From NCBI GenBank assembly GCA_964604885.1, contig CAZSAB010000003.1:28335-92334 (forward strand): a stretch of DNA of 64,000 nt, in the 5' to 3' direction. This DNA comes from an uncultured archaeon (lineage in GTDB: Archaea; Nanohalarchaeota; Nanosalinia; Nanosalinales; Nanosalinaceae). The notes under the pieces were generated by a model. That model was not told where the DNA came from and did no database searches. It worked only from the letters and a program-made list of their open reading frames with translations. Each line of letters begins with the position of its first letter. Positions within the stretch are counted from its first letter, which is position 1. The position numbers and the translations under genes were made by a program. Shown here piece by piece: positions 39,101 through 47,384 of the stretch.

Positions 39101-39749
39101 AAGCCTCTTTTAAATCAATGCCTTTGTTCCGGCATATAGCCACTATGTCCTGAAGCCTGAACCTGTTATTATTCCGGCAGTCTCTTAGATGGTTTGTCAA
39201 GAGCTTTTCACTGATTTTTTCTCCATGCATCTTTAGTTCTTCGGAGAAATCAGGAGTGGTCAAACACAATATTCTCTCACTTTCTGACAAGATTTCCAGA
39301 GTATCCTGCTTCAATTCATTCAAACTTTTCTCATCTTTAGGCAACTTCTCTGGAACAGCAACCATATCAGACTCAACAAGCTCATCTGCAGGTTTAAACT
39401 TCAGCTCCGAACCTTCCACAGTTAGAAAAGGATGCTCAGGTGTAACCTCTACCTCGGAGCCATCTGATAGTTCAAATTCGAGCAGTTTGTCTTTCTCAAG
39501 TTTCCATATATTCTCTGCCCTACAGCTTACTATCTCTCCATCTTCCACACCCAAAAGTTCCGGGCCTTTTTCCAGGCTGTAGACCTCTCCTTCTTCATCT
39601 TCCAATCTTTCTCCATCCGCTCTATATTCCTCAAATAGTTTCTCTGCTTTTATTGTAGAGCCGTCAGAAAGCTGAATCTGCGTATCTGGAGCTACACATT
39701 TTCCAGAATCGACGTGCCCAAGTACAGATAGAATGGGTTGGCGCGGCAT
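36186..39749 (-). CDS. infB: Translation initiation factor aIF5B/IF2, intein-containing
   Basis: GHVDSGK|intein|TT, GGITQMIGA, FIDTPGHAAF and NKID motifs; exteins about 585 aa. Confidence 0.97.
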   Translation of the reverse strand: MPRQPILSVLGHVDSGKCVAPDTQIQLSDGSTIKAEKLFEEYRADGERLEDEEGEVYSLEKGPELLGVEDGEIVSCRAENIWKLEKDKLLEFELSDGSEVEVTPEHPFLTVEGSELKFKPADELVESDMVAVPEKLPKDEKSLNELKQDTLEILSESERILCLTTPDFSEELKMHGEKISEKLLTNHLRDCRNNNRFRLQDIVAICRNKGIDLKEAYENIVSFKQSTLKQRAGSTSKRMELPSTESEFEDLAYSVGIMLGDGSREARNLYNNSEVLRTEFKGKIESAAGVETQVNTYEEEVDEVYVKCGKRLSKFFEILFDFPIEQKSQSIKLSNYAQRLPKNILANLISGYFDADGYVNKKGGVQATSASSEMIDSLKTVLKQFGISAYASQDEEYHTIYITGKENLEKFTQIGFRHPEKKERFQKHRENSNRNPVTGQTPVKGSEVKESRQEAGASHTEINIPYQRRYEEYDRVSKAYLKEFVKKINEARDSPEFKLNKDEKTDILERLKRESCRREEIYGEESIDHPRLLNHLLSLESQDFIDRTDEKIQITQRGENILEKWREDRAEKLQKLEKIAESDLKFIEVGDIRENEGGTVYDFTTEAETFIAEDIVVHNTTILDEIRESRIVGSEAGGITQMIGATEVPLQTVEDVCGDLLDLLETDLSIPGLLFIDTPGHAAFSSLRKRGGSISDIAVLVIDIEEGVQPQTEEAIKILKQSNTPFVVALNKIDRLPGWTTGDECFTRNIKAQSDKVKEKLDEKIYELMGELNKYDIVADRFDRIDSFQEKVAMVPTSAVTGEGMPELLMVLSGLSQNYLADKLEVHEGIGKGTVLEVTQQKGLGTTINAIIYDGKARKEDKLVYGTSDGLKVTDIRALLEPRPLEEIRLDKQYQEVDEITPAAGVKISGKDLEGVISGSPIRTASEEELEEAKQEVREELETKEFQTMKEGVVVKADSLGSLEAMMREVEKSEIPAQKAEVGKVTKGDLIEVQNEEPEYRSVLSFNTGMTDQAAEIDQEKDIPVFSSDVIYEIIDNYNIWQRELQEEQREKALKAVTRPAKIQAMPDNVFRKNDPAVIGVKVLEGVLTPGCTLMDENGEKIGTLKSIQEEHEKIEEAERGSQVAASIQGPTIGRDLEKSQVMLTDVPQRDHKRLQELEDLLSEGEKSVLEEIVKIKDEKNPHWKIG
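37893..39698 (-). mobile_element. Intein (602 aa) with LAGLIDADG homing endonuclease in the IF2 P-loop
   Basis: Starts CVAPDT, block B VTPEHPF, LAGLIDADG blocks GIMLGDG and GYFDADG, ends VYDF...VVHN followed by Thr. Confidence 0.95.
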
Positions 39750-39833
39750 CTACACTCACCTTAAACTTGTTGGCCGCTTGAAAAGTTAAATACTTCGCTT
39801 GTCAAAATGGAGAAAAAAATGGACTAGTCCGGA

Positions 39834-39986
39834 TTACTCTTCTTTCCTGTATTCGTGGCTTCTACCTTTCTCGTGGTTCTTTTCACATTTCGAGGAGCAG
39901 AAGTAGAGTTTCTCTCCTGAGTTCAAGACAAGCATTTTGCCTCCTGTCTTGCCCAGTTCTTCGCCGCAATAATTGCACTCTGCCAT
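39834..39986 (-). CDS. rpl24e: 50S ribosomal protein L24e (not in ORF track)
   Basis: Manual translation MAECNYCGEELGKTGGKMLVLNSGEKLYFCSSKCEKN... Confidence 0.93.
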   Translation of the reverse strand: MAECNYCGEELGKTGGKMLVLNSGEKLYFCSSKCEKNHEKGRSHEYRKEE

Positions 39987-39992
39987 TTTGAG

Positions 39993-40169
39993 TCACCCTT
40001 CCATCTCCGTTTCTTTGATGTGGACGATGTCATCTTCTCTGATGGGTCCTCGAGAGTTTCTGACTAGAATCTTTCCTTCTTCGTTGCCCTCGATGACTCT
40101 GCACCGTATTTTTCGGACTGTGCGGTGTCCTGTGTCGTCCATTACTTCGATTACTTTTGCTGCTGGCAT
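39993..40169 (-). CDS. rps28e: 30S ribosomal protein S28e (not in ORF track)
   Basis: Manual translation MPAAKVIEVMDDTGHRTVRKIRCRVIEG...VRNSRGPIREDDI. Confidence 0.92.
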   Translation of the reverse strand: MPAAKVIEVMDDTGHRTVRKIRCRVIEGNEEGKILVRNSRGPIREDDIVHIKETEMEG

Positions 40170-40187
40170 TAGATTTTCACCTGGTTT

Positions 40188-40571
40188 TTATTCTTCTTCG
40201 TCTTCTTCAGCGTCCAGAAGTTCTGCTGTTTTCTGCTGTACGTCTTCGATTTCGTCTTCTGCGTTTCCTGTCTTGGTTACAGCGATTGCTGCACTCTGGA
40301 CTGTGATTCCTGCTGCAAGACCAAGCTCCTCTTTGTCAGGGACGAAAGTGTAACTGATGTCTTTCTCGTCTGCAAGTGGAGGAATGTGCATCACAATTTC
40401 TTCTGGAGAAACATCGCCTGCGATAACTACTAGTTCTGCCTCGTTTCTTTCGATCGCCTTCGTTACTTCGTTTGTACCGATCCTTACTTCGCCGGTGTCT
40501 GCAGCGGTTTCGATTGCGTTATAGGTTTTCTCTCCTAAAGATTCGTTTGTTTCAAATTTCTGGTATGCCAT
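40188..40571 (-). CDS. rpl7ae: Ribosomal / sRNP protein L7Ae
   Basis: IGTNEVTKAIERNEAELVVIAGDVSPEEIVMH; ATG at 40571 with GGTGA SD. Confidence 0.96.
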   Translation of the reverse strand: MAYQKFETNESLGEKTYNAIETAADTGEVRIGTNEVTKAIERNEAELVVIAGDVSPEEIVMHIPPLADEKDISYTFVPDKEELGLAAGITVQSAAIAVTKTGNAEDEIEDVQQKTAELLDAEEDEEE

Positions 40572-40580
40572 TTTTGTATT

Positions 40581-40643
40581 CACCTTTCACAAAACCTTGG
40601 ATCATCAAGGTATATTCGTAAAACTGGCGAGAACTTTTTTATA
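40581..40643 (-). promoter_or_regulatory. rpl7ae TATA box and candidate K-turn leader covering the SD
   Basis: TATAAAAAA at 40643-40635; leader ACCUU-GAU-GAUC...GUGA-AAGGU(G) at 40611-40581. Confidence 0.55.
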
Positions 40644-40672
40644 CCATCAAACTAAGTGGCCTGATTAATAAA

Positions 40673-40900
40673 TTATTGTCGTTCTGGATCAAATTCTGCT
40701 AGTTTTTCGTTTTCTATCCAGTCGAGTTCTTCTTCTATTTCTCGAATTATGAGGTTGAGTTCGTGTCTCTGGCTGTCTGTGCCTGCATGTTTGTTTTCCA
40801 GATGTTTGATGAGTTCGTCTTTCAGTAGCTGAATTAGTTTCTGTTCGGAGTTTGCGTCTCCGTATTCTTCTAGAACTTCGATTACTTCTTGTCTTTCCAT
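40673..40900 (-). CDS. Hypothetical acidic helical protein
   Basis: ORF with host-like composition. Confidence 0.6.
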   Translation of the reverse strand: MERQEVIEVLEEYGDANSEQKLIQLLKDELIKHLENKHAGTDSQRHELNLIIREIEEELDWIENEKLAEFDPERQ

Positions 40901-40926
40901 GGAAAACTTTTTTTCTCAGAATTCTT

Positions 40927-41676
40927 TTAGTTTTGTTTCAATGTTTCCTCAATGTTGTTTCTCCGTGTCTGGAATTCCTGAATTACCTGTCCTGCCTCCT
41001 TGACTGTCTCCTGATCTTCTTCTACCCCGACTACAAGGTGCTCCATTATGTCGTCCATTTCCGTAGTCAGGTAATGCATCTCTTCCACCATTTCCCTGAT
41101 ATCTTCAAAGCTCTCCACGTCTAGGAAGAGTGGCTGTTCTTCTCTTCTCTGCTTTTTTTCTTCCTCCTCTCTTTCCTGATTTATTTCCTTGACGTCTTCT
41201 TTAATGCTTCTGTTGCTTCTACCCTTCTCTATGGAACTTATATGATCTTCTATCTCATCCTTCAGTTCTTTGACCTCGTCTCTTCCTCTTTCATCAGGGA
41301 CTGGCTGAGAACTCCTGGTTTGAGTTGTATTGATGGATTCTTCGGCTTCTGTTTCCTGAACCTGTTCCTTTATAGGTTCTTCCTCTTGTGGTTCAGGTTT
41401 CTGTTCTTCGACGTTCTGCTGGACCTGTGACTGAAGATTTTCGAGGTCGTTCTGCATCCCATCGACTTCAGGAGTTTCATTTTCATCTTGCTGTAAGTCC
41501 TGATCAGGTTCTGGCTGGTCAAATCCTTCTAGATCGCCCACAGAATCTTTCTCTTGTTCTTTTGATTCCTCATCAACTACTTCTTCAGGTTCATCTTTAC
41601 TTTCGTTGACCAGTTGCTTGATTTCCTCCATGTTTTCCTCAAGCTTTTCCTTGTCATCGCCGCCGATATTAAACAT
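40927..41676 (-). CDS. Hypothetical highly acidic coiled-coil protein
   Basis: E/Q/D-rich low complexity followed by a C-terminal PLFLDVESF helical domain. Confidence 0.7.
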   Translation of the reverse strand: MFNIGGDDKEKLEENMEEIKQLVNESKDEPEEVVDEESKEQEKDSVGDLEGFDQPEPDQDLQQDENETPEVDGMQNDLENLQSQVQQNVEEQKPEPQEEEPIKEQVQETEAEESINTTQTRSSQPVPDERGRDEVKELKDEIEDHISSIEKGRSNRSIKEDVKEINQEREEEEKKQRREEQPLFLDVESFEDIREMVEEMHYLTTEMDDIMEHLVVGVEEDQETVKEAGQVIQEFQTRRNNIEETLKQN

Positions 41677-41765
41677 GTGAAAAAGTTACACGCGGCCTTG
41701 TTTAAAGTATTCGATCTTTCTAAAACTGAGATTAAACTAAATAGAGACAAAATTTGGAAAAGCAC

Positions 41766-42380
41766 TTATTCTTCAGCTTCTTCCTCTTCGACAGGCTCGG
41801 ACTGGAAGTCATCCAATTCAACTTCGTAGTCTTCTCCTCCTTCATCTCCCAGTTCACGGGCTAGAAGATAGTAAACCATTCCGAGAGACTTTGCAGACTT
41901 ATTATTTGCTGGAATCGCAAGATCAACTCCTTCAAGCTCGTTTTCGGAGTCAGCAATCGCGATTACATATTTATTGGTCTGATTTGCTTCAACTATTGCC
42001 TGTGCATCTGTTTCCGGGTCTGTAACCAGTACAAGCTCTGGTTCTGTAAAGCTGTCCGACTGGGGATTGGTTAAAGTGCCCGGCATGAAACGGCCGATGA
42101 CAGAACTTACTCCTGTCACGTTTGAGAACTCATTCAAGGCCTCCATGACCTCTTCTTTCCGCCCTACTACTAGTATGTCTTCAGGTTCGTATTCAGCAAG
42201 TTTTTCAGCCGCCTTCCTGATCTGCTTGTCTGTATCCTCCAGGTTCAGGACAGCCAACTGGTTTTTCTTTACATGGAAAATATAGTCTTCCATATCTTTG
42301 TGCTGAGATTTGGTTCCGATATGCACACCGTGTGCTAGATAGTTCTCACGGTCTATCAAGAGTTCTTCATCGTCGCTCAT
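41766..42380 (-). CDS. rps2: 30S ribosomal protein uS2
   Basis: YLAHGVHIGTK, GRFMPGTLTNP and AIPANNK; ATG at 42380. Confidence 0.96.
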   Translation of the reverse strand: MSDDEELLIDRENYLAHGVHIGTKSQHKDMEDYIFHVKKNQLAVLNLEDTDKQIRKAAEKLAEYEPEDILVVGRKEEVMEALNEFSNVTGVSSVIGRFMPGTLTNPQSDSFTEPELVLVTDPETDAQAIVEANQTNKYVIAIADSENELEGVDLAIPANNKSAKSLGMVYYLLARELGDEGGEDYEVELDDFQSEPVEEEEAEE

Positions 42381-42428
42381 AGAAAAATTTTTTAAGAACA
42401 AAAGTTAAATACGGCCCGACAGATTTCC

Positions 42429-43553
42429 CTATCTGAAGCTTATTTCAGGGTTTTCTGACCTGTCCCATAGCCGTGTCAGCTTGTTAAGCTTAGCTATCCT
42501 GATATCTGCGATTCCGGCCTTGATTATTGGACACTTCCACTCCAGTGCCAGATCTGAGATAGTTGAATCGCAAGTTTCCCCGGATCTGTGTGAGATTACT
42601 GATGTGTAATCGTTTTCTTTGGCTAGATCAACTGTTTCTTTGGCATCACTCACTGTACCAATTTGGTTGGGCTTGACGATCAGTGAGTTGCCGGCTTCCA
42701 TGTCGATTCCTTCTTGAAGTCTATCCTTGTTGGTAGTAAATAGGTCGTCTCCACAGATCAATGTGTCAGGGTTCTCTGCCACAAGTTTAGCATGATTTCT
42801 GAAGTCCTCCTCGTCGAAAGGATCTTCCACATACACCAGATTGTACTCATCGATCAGATTCTGAACAAATTCAAGCTGCTGCGGAGATGAATTTACTTCC
42901 CCAAGCGATTCCATCCTGTACTTTCCGTTTTCAAAGAACTCTGAAGCCGCAATATCCAGACCAATCCTTGCACCAAACTCTTCAGCTACTTCTTTCAGCT
43001 TTTCCAAAGTCTCAATATCGTCCATAGAAGTAATCAGGGCGCCTTCATCGTTCATGCCTTTTATCTTGTAGCCGTACCTGTTCTGAAGCTCTTGGTATAT
43101 CCTGATATTTGTTTTCAAGGCCTCTGGAAATGTATCAGCGTTCGCAGGTAGTACAAGAAACTCTTGGATGCTTGTTCGGCCGCCGTGTTCTCCTCCTCCT
43201 ATTACATTGCTTAGAGGAAGTGGAAACTCTTCTGAGTGATCAAATCCGTACGCGTTCTTGAATGCAAAGCTTGAAGCAATCGCTGCAGCTCCGAGTCTCG
43301 AAAAATCGCTAGAACCGTCTATCTCTTTTAATTCTGAATCGAATTCTCTCTGAGTTAGATCTCGGCCCTCGAACCTGTTCTTCATCAGTTCCTCTACTTC
43401 TTCAAGGTGTTCGGGTACGTGGCATTTGGACTCGTGTTCTCCTGTAGAGGCTCCTGACGGCGCTTTTCCGAAGTTTCCATTTATCTCGGCTTCAATTGTT
43501 GGCTGTGTTCTGGAATCTATTATCTCTCTGAGTTGAAGTGACTCTATCCTCAT
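42429..43553 (-). CDS. eno: Enolase (compact)
   Basis: APSGASTG, IQEF, DEG, GLDIAASEF, VEDPF, GDDL, VKPNQIGT and SHRSGET. Confidence 0.94.
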   Translation of the reverse strand: MRIESLQLREIIDSRTQPTIEAEINGNFGKAPSGASTGEHESKCHVPEHLEEVEELMKNRFEGRDLTQREFDSELKEIDGSSDFSRLGAAAIASSFAFKNAYGFDHSEEFPLPLSNVIGGGEHGGRTSIQEFLVLPANADTFPEALKTNIRIYQELQNRYGYKIKGMNDEGALITSMDDIETLEKLKEVAEEFGARIGLDIAASEFFENGKYRMESLGEVNSSPQQLEFVQNLIDEYNLVYVEDPFDEEDFRNHAKLVAENPDTLICGDDLFTTNKDRLQEGIDMEAGNSLIVKPNQIGTVSDAKETVDLAKENDYTSVISHRSGETCDSTISDLALEWKCPIIKAGIADIRIAKLNKLTRLWDRSENPEISFR

Positions 43554-43603
43554 ATTTACTCTATCGATTCCTCAATTAAAGAAGTAATGAAGAAAAAATT
43601 GGG

Positions 43604-43768
43604 TTACTGTCTTACAGTGATAGGGAGTTTTTCCTGATTCATTTCTCTTTCCGCGATATCCATCGGCTTCTCATCTCCCTCTATATCAACGAATGCCGGT
43701 GCGCCCATCGCCAACTGGAGGCTTCTTGCCCCCAAGATTCTTGCTCGTTCGTAACGCGTATAACTCAT
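43604..43768 (-). CDS. rpoK: RNA polymerase subunit Rpo6 (RpoK) (not in ORF track)
   Basis: Manual translation MSYTRYERARILGARSLQLAMGAP...LPITVRQ. Confidence 0.95.
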   Translation of the reverse strand: MSYTRYERARILGARSLQLAMGAPAFVDIEGDEKPMDIAEREMNQEKLPITVRQ

Positions 43769-43778
43769 AATATTGTTT

Positions 43779-44543
43779 TCACCCTATATAGCCAAGATCT
43801 GAACTCTGGCTTTGGTCTTCTTCAGGTTTCTGTGATTTCTTCAAATTTTGAAGTTTTTTAAGTACTTCCTGGCTTTCCTCAACTTTCTCGTCAAGCTGAG
43901 AATAGTCAAGCTCCAACTCCAAAACATTCTCAAGAACCTTCAGTACTGCTTCCGTACTCTTTGGGTCGCTCAGCAGGAAGCCTGGTGTCTCGCCTAGCAA
44001 ACATAATCCGTCCATTTCTCGGTCCTGAGCCAGTCCGATCAGTAGTCCGGAGATGCCGACTACCTGGCCGACATCGTGCTCGAACTCGATATCTGCATCG
44101 TACTTATCCTTTATCTCCTCTGTGGAAACTGCTCCGAAGACGCTTGGACTCTCTACAACGTCGCCTGTACCGTATCCTCCGACAGTTATGATCTCTTCTG
44201 CTTCCTGGTCTTCGATAAAGTTTATGACTTTTTCAGCGACTTCGTGGTGGCCTTCAGGCGTTCCTGCCTGGGCGTTACCCTCGAGAAGGATTATGTCTCT
44301 TCCTTCATCTCTGCTGAGGGCGTAAATCTTGTTTTTAATTGATTCGACTGTTTTATCATTATTTACTATCGTATGTGGTGGGAAGTGGTGGCTTGTTATC
44401 TCTCCTACCTGTTCTGCTCCGGTTTCATCTGCTATATAGCTTACTGTATTACGGCCTATGTGTCCGATTCCAGCCAGTCCCTCTACGAATACTGGGTTTT
44501 CAGTTTCAATTTCCTCTTCGATCTCGATCTTTGTCTTCTCCAT
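43779..44543 (-). CDS. PAC2 family proteasome assembly chaperone (COG2047)
   Basis: VEGLAGIGHIGR, ITVGGY, GISGLLIG, CLLGET and DLGYIG; start ATG at 44543 (the longer track ORF overlaps nop10). Confidence 0.88.
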   Translation of the reverse strand: MEKTKIEIEEEIETENPVFVEGLAGIGHIGRNTVSYIADETGAEQVGEITSHHFPPHTIVNNDKTVESIKNKIYALSRDEGRDIILLEGNAQAGTPEGHHEVAEKVINFIEDQEAEEIITVGGYGTGDVVESPSVFGAVSTEEIKDKYDADIEFEHDVGQVVGISGLLIGLAQDREMDGLCLLGETPGFLLSDPKSTEAVLKVLENVLELELDYSQLDEKVEESQEVLKKLQNLKKSQKPEEDQSQSSDLGYIG

Positions 44544-44553
44544 ATCTATCACC

Positions 44554-44700
44554 TTAATCTCCGCCTTTTTTGGCTTTACGCCTGTACTTCCCATACTTGT
44601 CCGGGAAAGAAAACTTCGGTGGCCTAGCCTTCTCCGAACTCTCTTCACAGTGCTCCTCTTTCAAAGTAAAGCTGCCGCACTCAACACACTTTCGAATCAT
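44554..44700 (-). CDS. nop10: H/ACA RNP protein Nop10 (not in ORF track)
   Basis: Manual translation MIRKCVECGSFTLKEEHC...PPKFSFPDKYGKYRRKAKK. Confidence 0.93.
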   Translation of the reverse strand: MIRKCVECGSFTLKEEHCEESSEKARPPKFSFPDKYGKYRRKAKKGGD

Positions 44701-44702
44701 CT

Positions 44703-45458
44703 TTATGCACGTGTGAACTCGAATCTTCCATCTTTTTCATCCGCTCTTTCATGGATCATGTCTACTGCTTCATCCATCCGCTTCTTAGCCAGATCCTGAG
44801 TACGGCCCCAAGAAGTAATCGAGTAATCCGGTGCGGAAACATACTTTACCTCGACGCCGTCGCCCAGATCTTCGAAACAGTCTCTGATCTTTTCGATACC
44901 GTTCGCGGACATGAACTCAAGCTCTATCTCGCCCTCAAACTTTTCCTGCTTCAAATCAATATTTTCCTTGGCAACTTCCTGAATCTTCTTTACAATATCT
45001 TCGTCCAAGAACTCTTTCAAGCGTTCTTCTTCAGCTGTAGATATTTCAAAGCCGTGGAAAGCAGAGCCTAGTTTGCTCTGCATAGGGAAGACCACTTCCT
45101 CGTACATTTCGTCTTCACTCATTTCCAGATCTTCCAGAAGGTCTTCGATAAACTTCTCCGCCTTCTGCTCCTTGTTCCAGCGGCCCATAGCCTCCTTCTT
45201 ATTATTCTCGTTTACACGCTTCAACGAAAGCGTAACGGTATCATCATCAGCATCGATCACCTGGGCAACATTCTTCTCTCCCTGATCAATCTCTTTAGTT
45301 AAGTCTTCAACCCAGCTACGCGACGCCTCACTGATATGAATCAAACCACTAACATCTTCATACTCATCAAGATCCGCGTAAGCCGAGTTCTTATCAACAT
45401 CCGAAATCGTGACAACAACCAAGTCGCCCTCATCCGGCCTATCTTTGTACCAACGCAT
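44703..45458 (-). CDS. eif2a: Translation initiation factor aIF2 alpha
   Basis: S1 domain PDEGDLVV...GLIHISEASRSW, VTLSLKRV and YVSAPDY. Confidence 0.95.
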   Translation of the reverse strand: MRWYKDRPDEGDLVVVTISDVDKNSAYADLDEYEDVSGLIHISEASRSWVEDLTKEIDQGEKNVAQVIDADDDTVTLSLKRVNENNKKEAMGRWNKEQKAEKFIEDLLEDLEMSEDEMYEEVVFPMQSKLGSAFHGFEISTAEEERLKEFLDEDIVKKIQEVAKENIDLKQEKFEGEIELEFMSANGIEKIRDCFEDLGDGVEVKYVSAPDYSITSWGRTQDLAKKRMDEAVDMIHERADEKDGRFEFTRA

Positions 45459-45550
45459 ACTAAAAATGTTAAAAGTGATTCTTAAAAGACCTATTTAACA
45501 TACTCTAGACAACCACAATCTCTTTAACTACAAGGTTACAAATAACCCAC

Positions 45551-46693
45551 ATCAGTGAGAAAGATTTCGTCTTTGCAGCAGACCGCCACGGTAGAGAAGA
45601 CGATGCCGAAGGAGATATCTACATCGGAGCTGGAGATGAAATTTATGCAGTAGATGCTGGTGAAGATGCTGGTGGAATAGAAGATCATGAGACAGGCCTC
45701 TATGGAAATGCGGAGAATGAGGAAGAGGTAGCTGAGTACGCGGCAGGAGAACTAGATGAAAGATTCGCTAAACTAAGCGAGGAATATGAGGAAGTCTATC
45801 TCGGACTTGGTAATCACGAAGATCATTTATTGCCTGATGGAATAGTCCACCAGGTTGCTCAAAACTATGATAATGTAAATATTGTACAGGATGATCTGAA
45901 ACAGATTGAAGGCCGTAACTTCTACTTTGGAGGTTCTTTCCAGCAAAATAGTCAGGTAGAACAAATTTATGATAATGAAGTTTCTGCTGCTGAGGCAGGT
46001 TATGAAGAAGATGATATTGAAGCTATTGGTGATGCACTAGAGAAGGATGCTGAAGAAGTTAAATGTAGTGATGTTGACCAGATCCTCGAAGGAGAAATAG
46101 AGATGGACGATTCTACTGAAGATTCTGGTCCGGGCATCAGAAAAAAGCTAGAGGGCCTACCATATGTTGGAGAAAAAGTATTCCAGCCACTTTACAGCTT
46201 AAAAGACAAGTACTTTGGAAGTAGCGATGAATCTGAAGAAGTAGAACTGCCTGAAATAGAGAAGACGGAACAACATGAAGAGATGGATCAAGCTCAAGAG
46301 CAGTACGAAGATATGCTTGAGGAAAAGGCAGATATAATTGACGATGCAGATGGAGAAGTGACTTTTGTGGCGCATGGCCAACCTCAGACAGAAGAAAAAC
46401 CGTTTGCCAGTATTGAGACTAGAGAACTTCTTGAAAGAACAGAGAATATAGGAGCTGCATATGTAGGTCACTTCCACGGTGGATTTGAAGAAGAACAAGA
46501 AGCAGAAATTGTAGGAGTAGATGTAATCAATCCGATGGAAGGATATACTGTAGATGAATCTGGAGGAGCTCTTGAAGATTATGAGACTCACCAATTTGAA
46601 GGCGATAGAACAGCGACTGCAAATCAAATTGAATTAGAGCAACCAGAACAAGGACAGGCTCAAAGACAAACTGAAGATGATTTAACAGCGTAA
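45551..46693 (+). CDS. Highly acidic calcineurin-like metallophosphoesterase lacking a canonical start codon (possible pseudogene)
   Basis: The frame of track ORF 45830-46693 is open from 45509 and contains ADRHG, GAGDE, GNHE, AHG and GHFHG, but no ATG/GTG/TTG before 45830. Confidence 0.65.
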   Translation: MSEKDFVFAADRHGREDDAEGDIYIGAGDEIYAVDAGEDAGGIEDHETGLYGNAENEEEVAEYAAGELDERFAKLSEEYEEVYLGLGNHEDHLLPDGIVHQVAQNYDNVNIVQDDLKQIEGRNFYFGGSFQQNSQVEQIYDNEVSAAEAGYEEDDIEAIGDALEKDAEEVKCSDVDQILEGEIEMDDSTEDSGPGIRKKLEGLPYVGEKVFQPLYSLKDKYFGSSDESEEVELPEIEKTEQHEEMDQAQEQYEDMLEEKADIIDDADGEVTFVAHGQPQTEEKPFASIETRELLERTENIGAAYVGHFHGGFEEEQEAEIVGVDVINPMEGYTVDESGGALEDYETHQFEGDRTATANQIELEQPEQGQAQRQTEDDLTA

Positions 46694-46851
46694 GAGGGTC
46701 AGAGAGCTTAGGAAATATTTGGGGAAGCAAGAGAACAAGCTGATAATACTCAAGAGGCACTGCGATCTCAAAGAATGCAGCAGGAAGGCATCCAAACTTA
46801 AATTACAACTATTCTTTACTTAAATAAATGAATTAGAGAAATAAGGAGTTT

Positions 46852-47025
46852 TTATTCTGCTTCCAGTGTCTCGATGATATCCGCATTCAACTCTGCTTTG
46901 CCGCCTGTTGGCTTTGCGATTGCTGTGCTGCAGATCATGCAGTCTACCTGTGTTGCGGTCCGTGAGAAAACTGTTTGTTCATTACCACATTCGCCGCATG
47001 AGACTCTGTAAAAATTTCGTGCCAT
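46852..47025 (-). CDS. rps27e: 30S ribosomal protein S27e (not in ORF track)
   Basis: Manual translation MARNFYRVSCGECGNEQTVFSR...CMICSTAIAKPTGGKA. Confidence 0.95.
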   Translation of the reverse strand: MARNFYRVSCGECGNEQTVFSRTATQVDCMICSTAIAKPTGGKAELNADIIETLEAE

Positions 47026-47043
47026 AATTATTTTTTTCCTCCT

Positions 47044-47346
47044 TTATCTTTCTATTTCGAATTTTGCTGCTCTTGGCTGGTTTCTAGGCTTCCAACTCTT
47101 TCCACACTCCTTACAGCTGAACTGAAGGTCGTGCTTACTGGATGTTGGATTACTTTTTCCTCTGGCTAGGTGTGATGGGTCTTCGAACGGGAAGCTTCCG
47201 TATCCGTTATCAATCTTTCTTTGCCTCTTTCTGTGCTTCTTACTCCAAGGTGAAGCACTTTGATTCGTCGCCTCTTTCACAGTTTGGTCCGTGTGCTCAT
47301 CACAGGCCGGACAGTAACGACGCTGCTCTTTCGGAATCTTTACCAT
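47044..47346 (-). CDS. rpl44e: 50S ribosomal protein L44e
   Basis: MVKIPKEQRRYCPAC..H...CKECGK; ATG at 47346. Confidence 0.92.
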   Translation of the reverse strand: MVKIPKEQRRYCPACDEHTDQTVKEATNQSASPWSKKHRKRQRKIDNGYGSFPFEDPSHLARGKSNPTSSKHDLQFSCKECGKSWKPRNQPRAAKFEIER

Positions 47347-47384
47347 GTAAATTGAATCTCTGTTAAACTTTAAAAACACTCTAC

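Noticed and set aside
42429-43553. Short enolase as a possible pseudo-enzyme
   Set aside because: Catalytic and Mg-binding motifs are all present and the gene sits in its usual rpoK-eno-rps2 context.
44544-44648. N-terminal extension of the PAC2 ORF (MKRVRRR...)
   Set aside because: An alternate frame of nop10; PAC2 has its own GGTGA SD and ATG at 44543.
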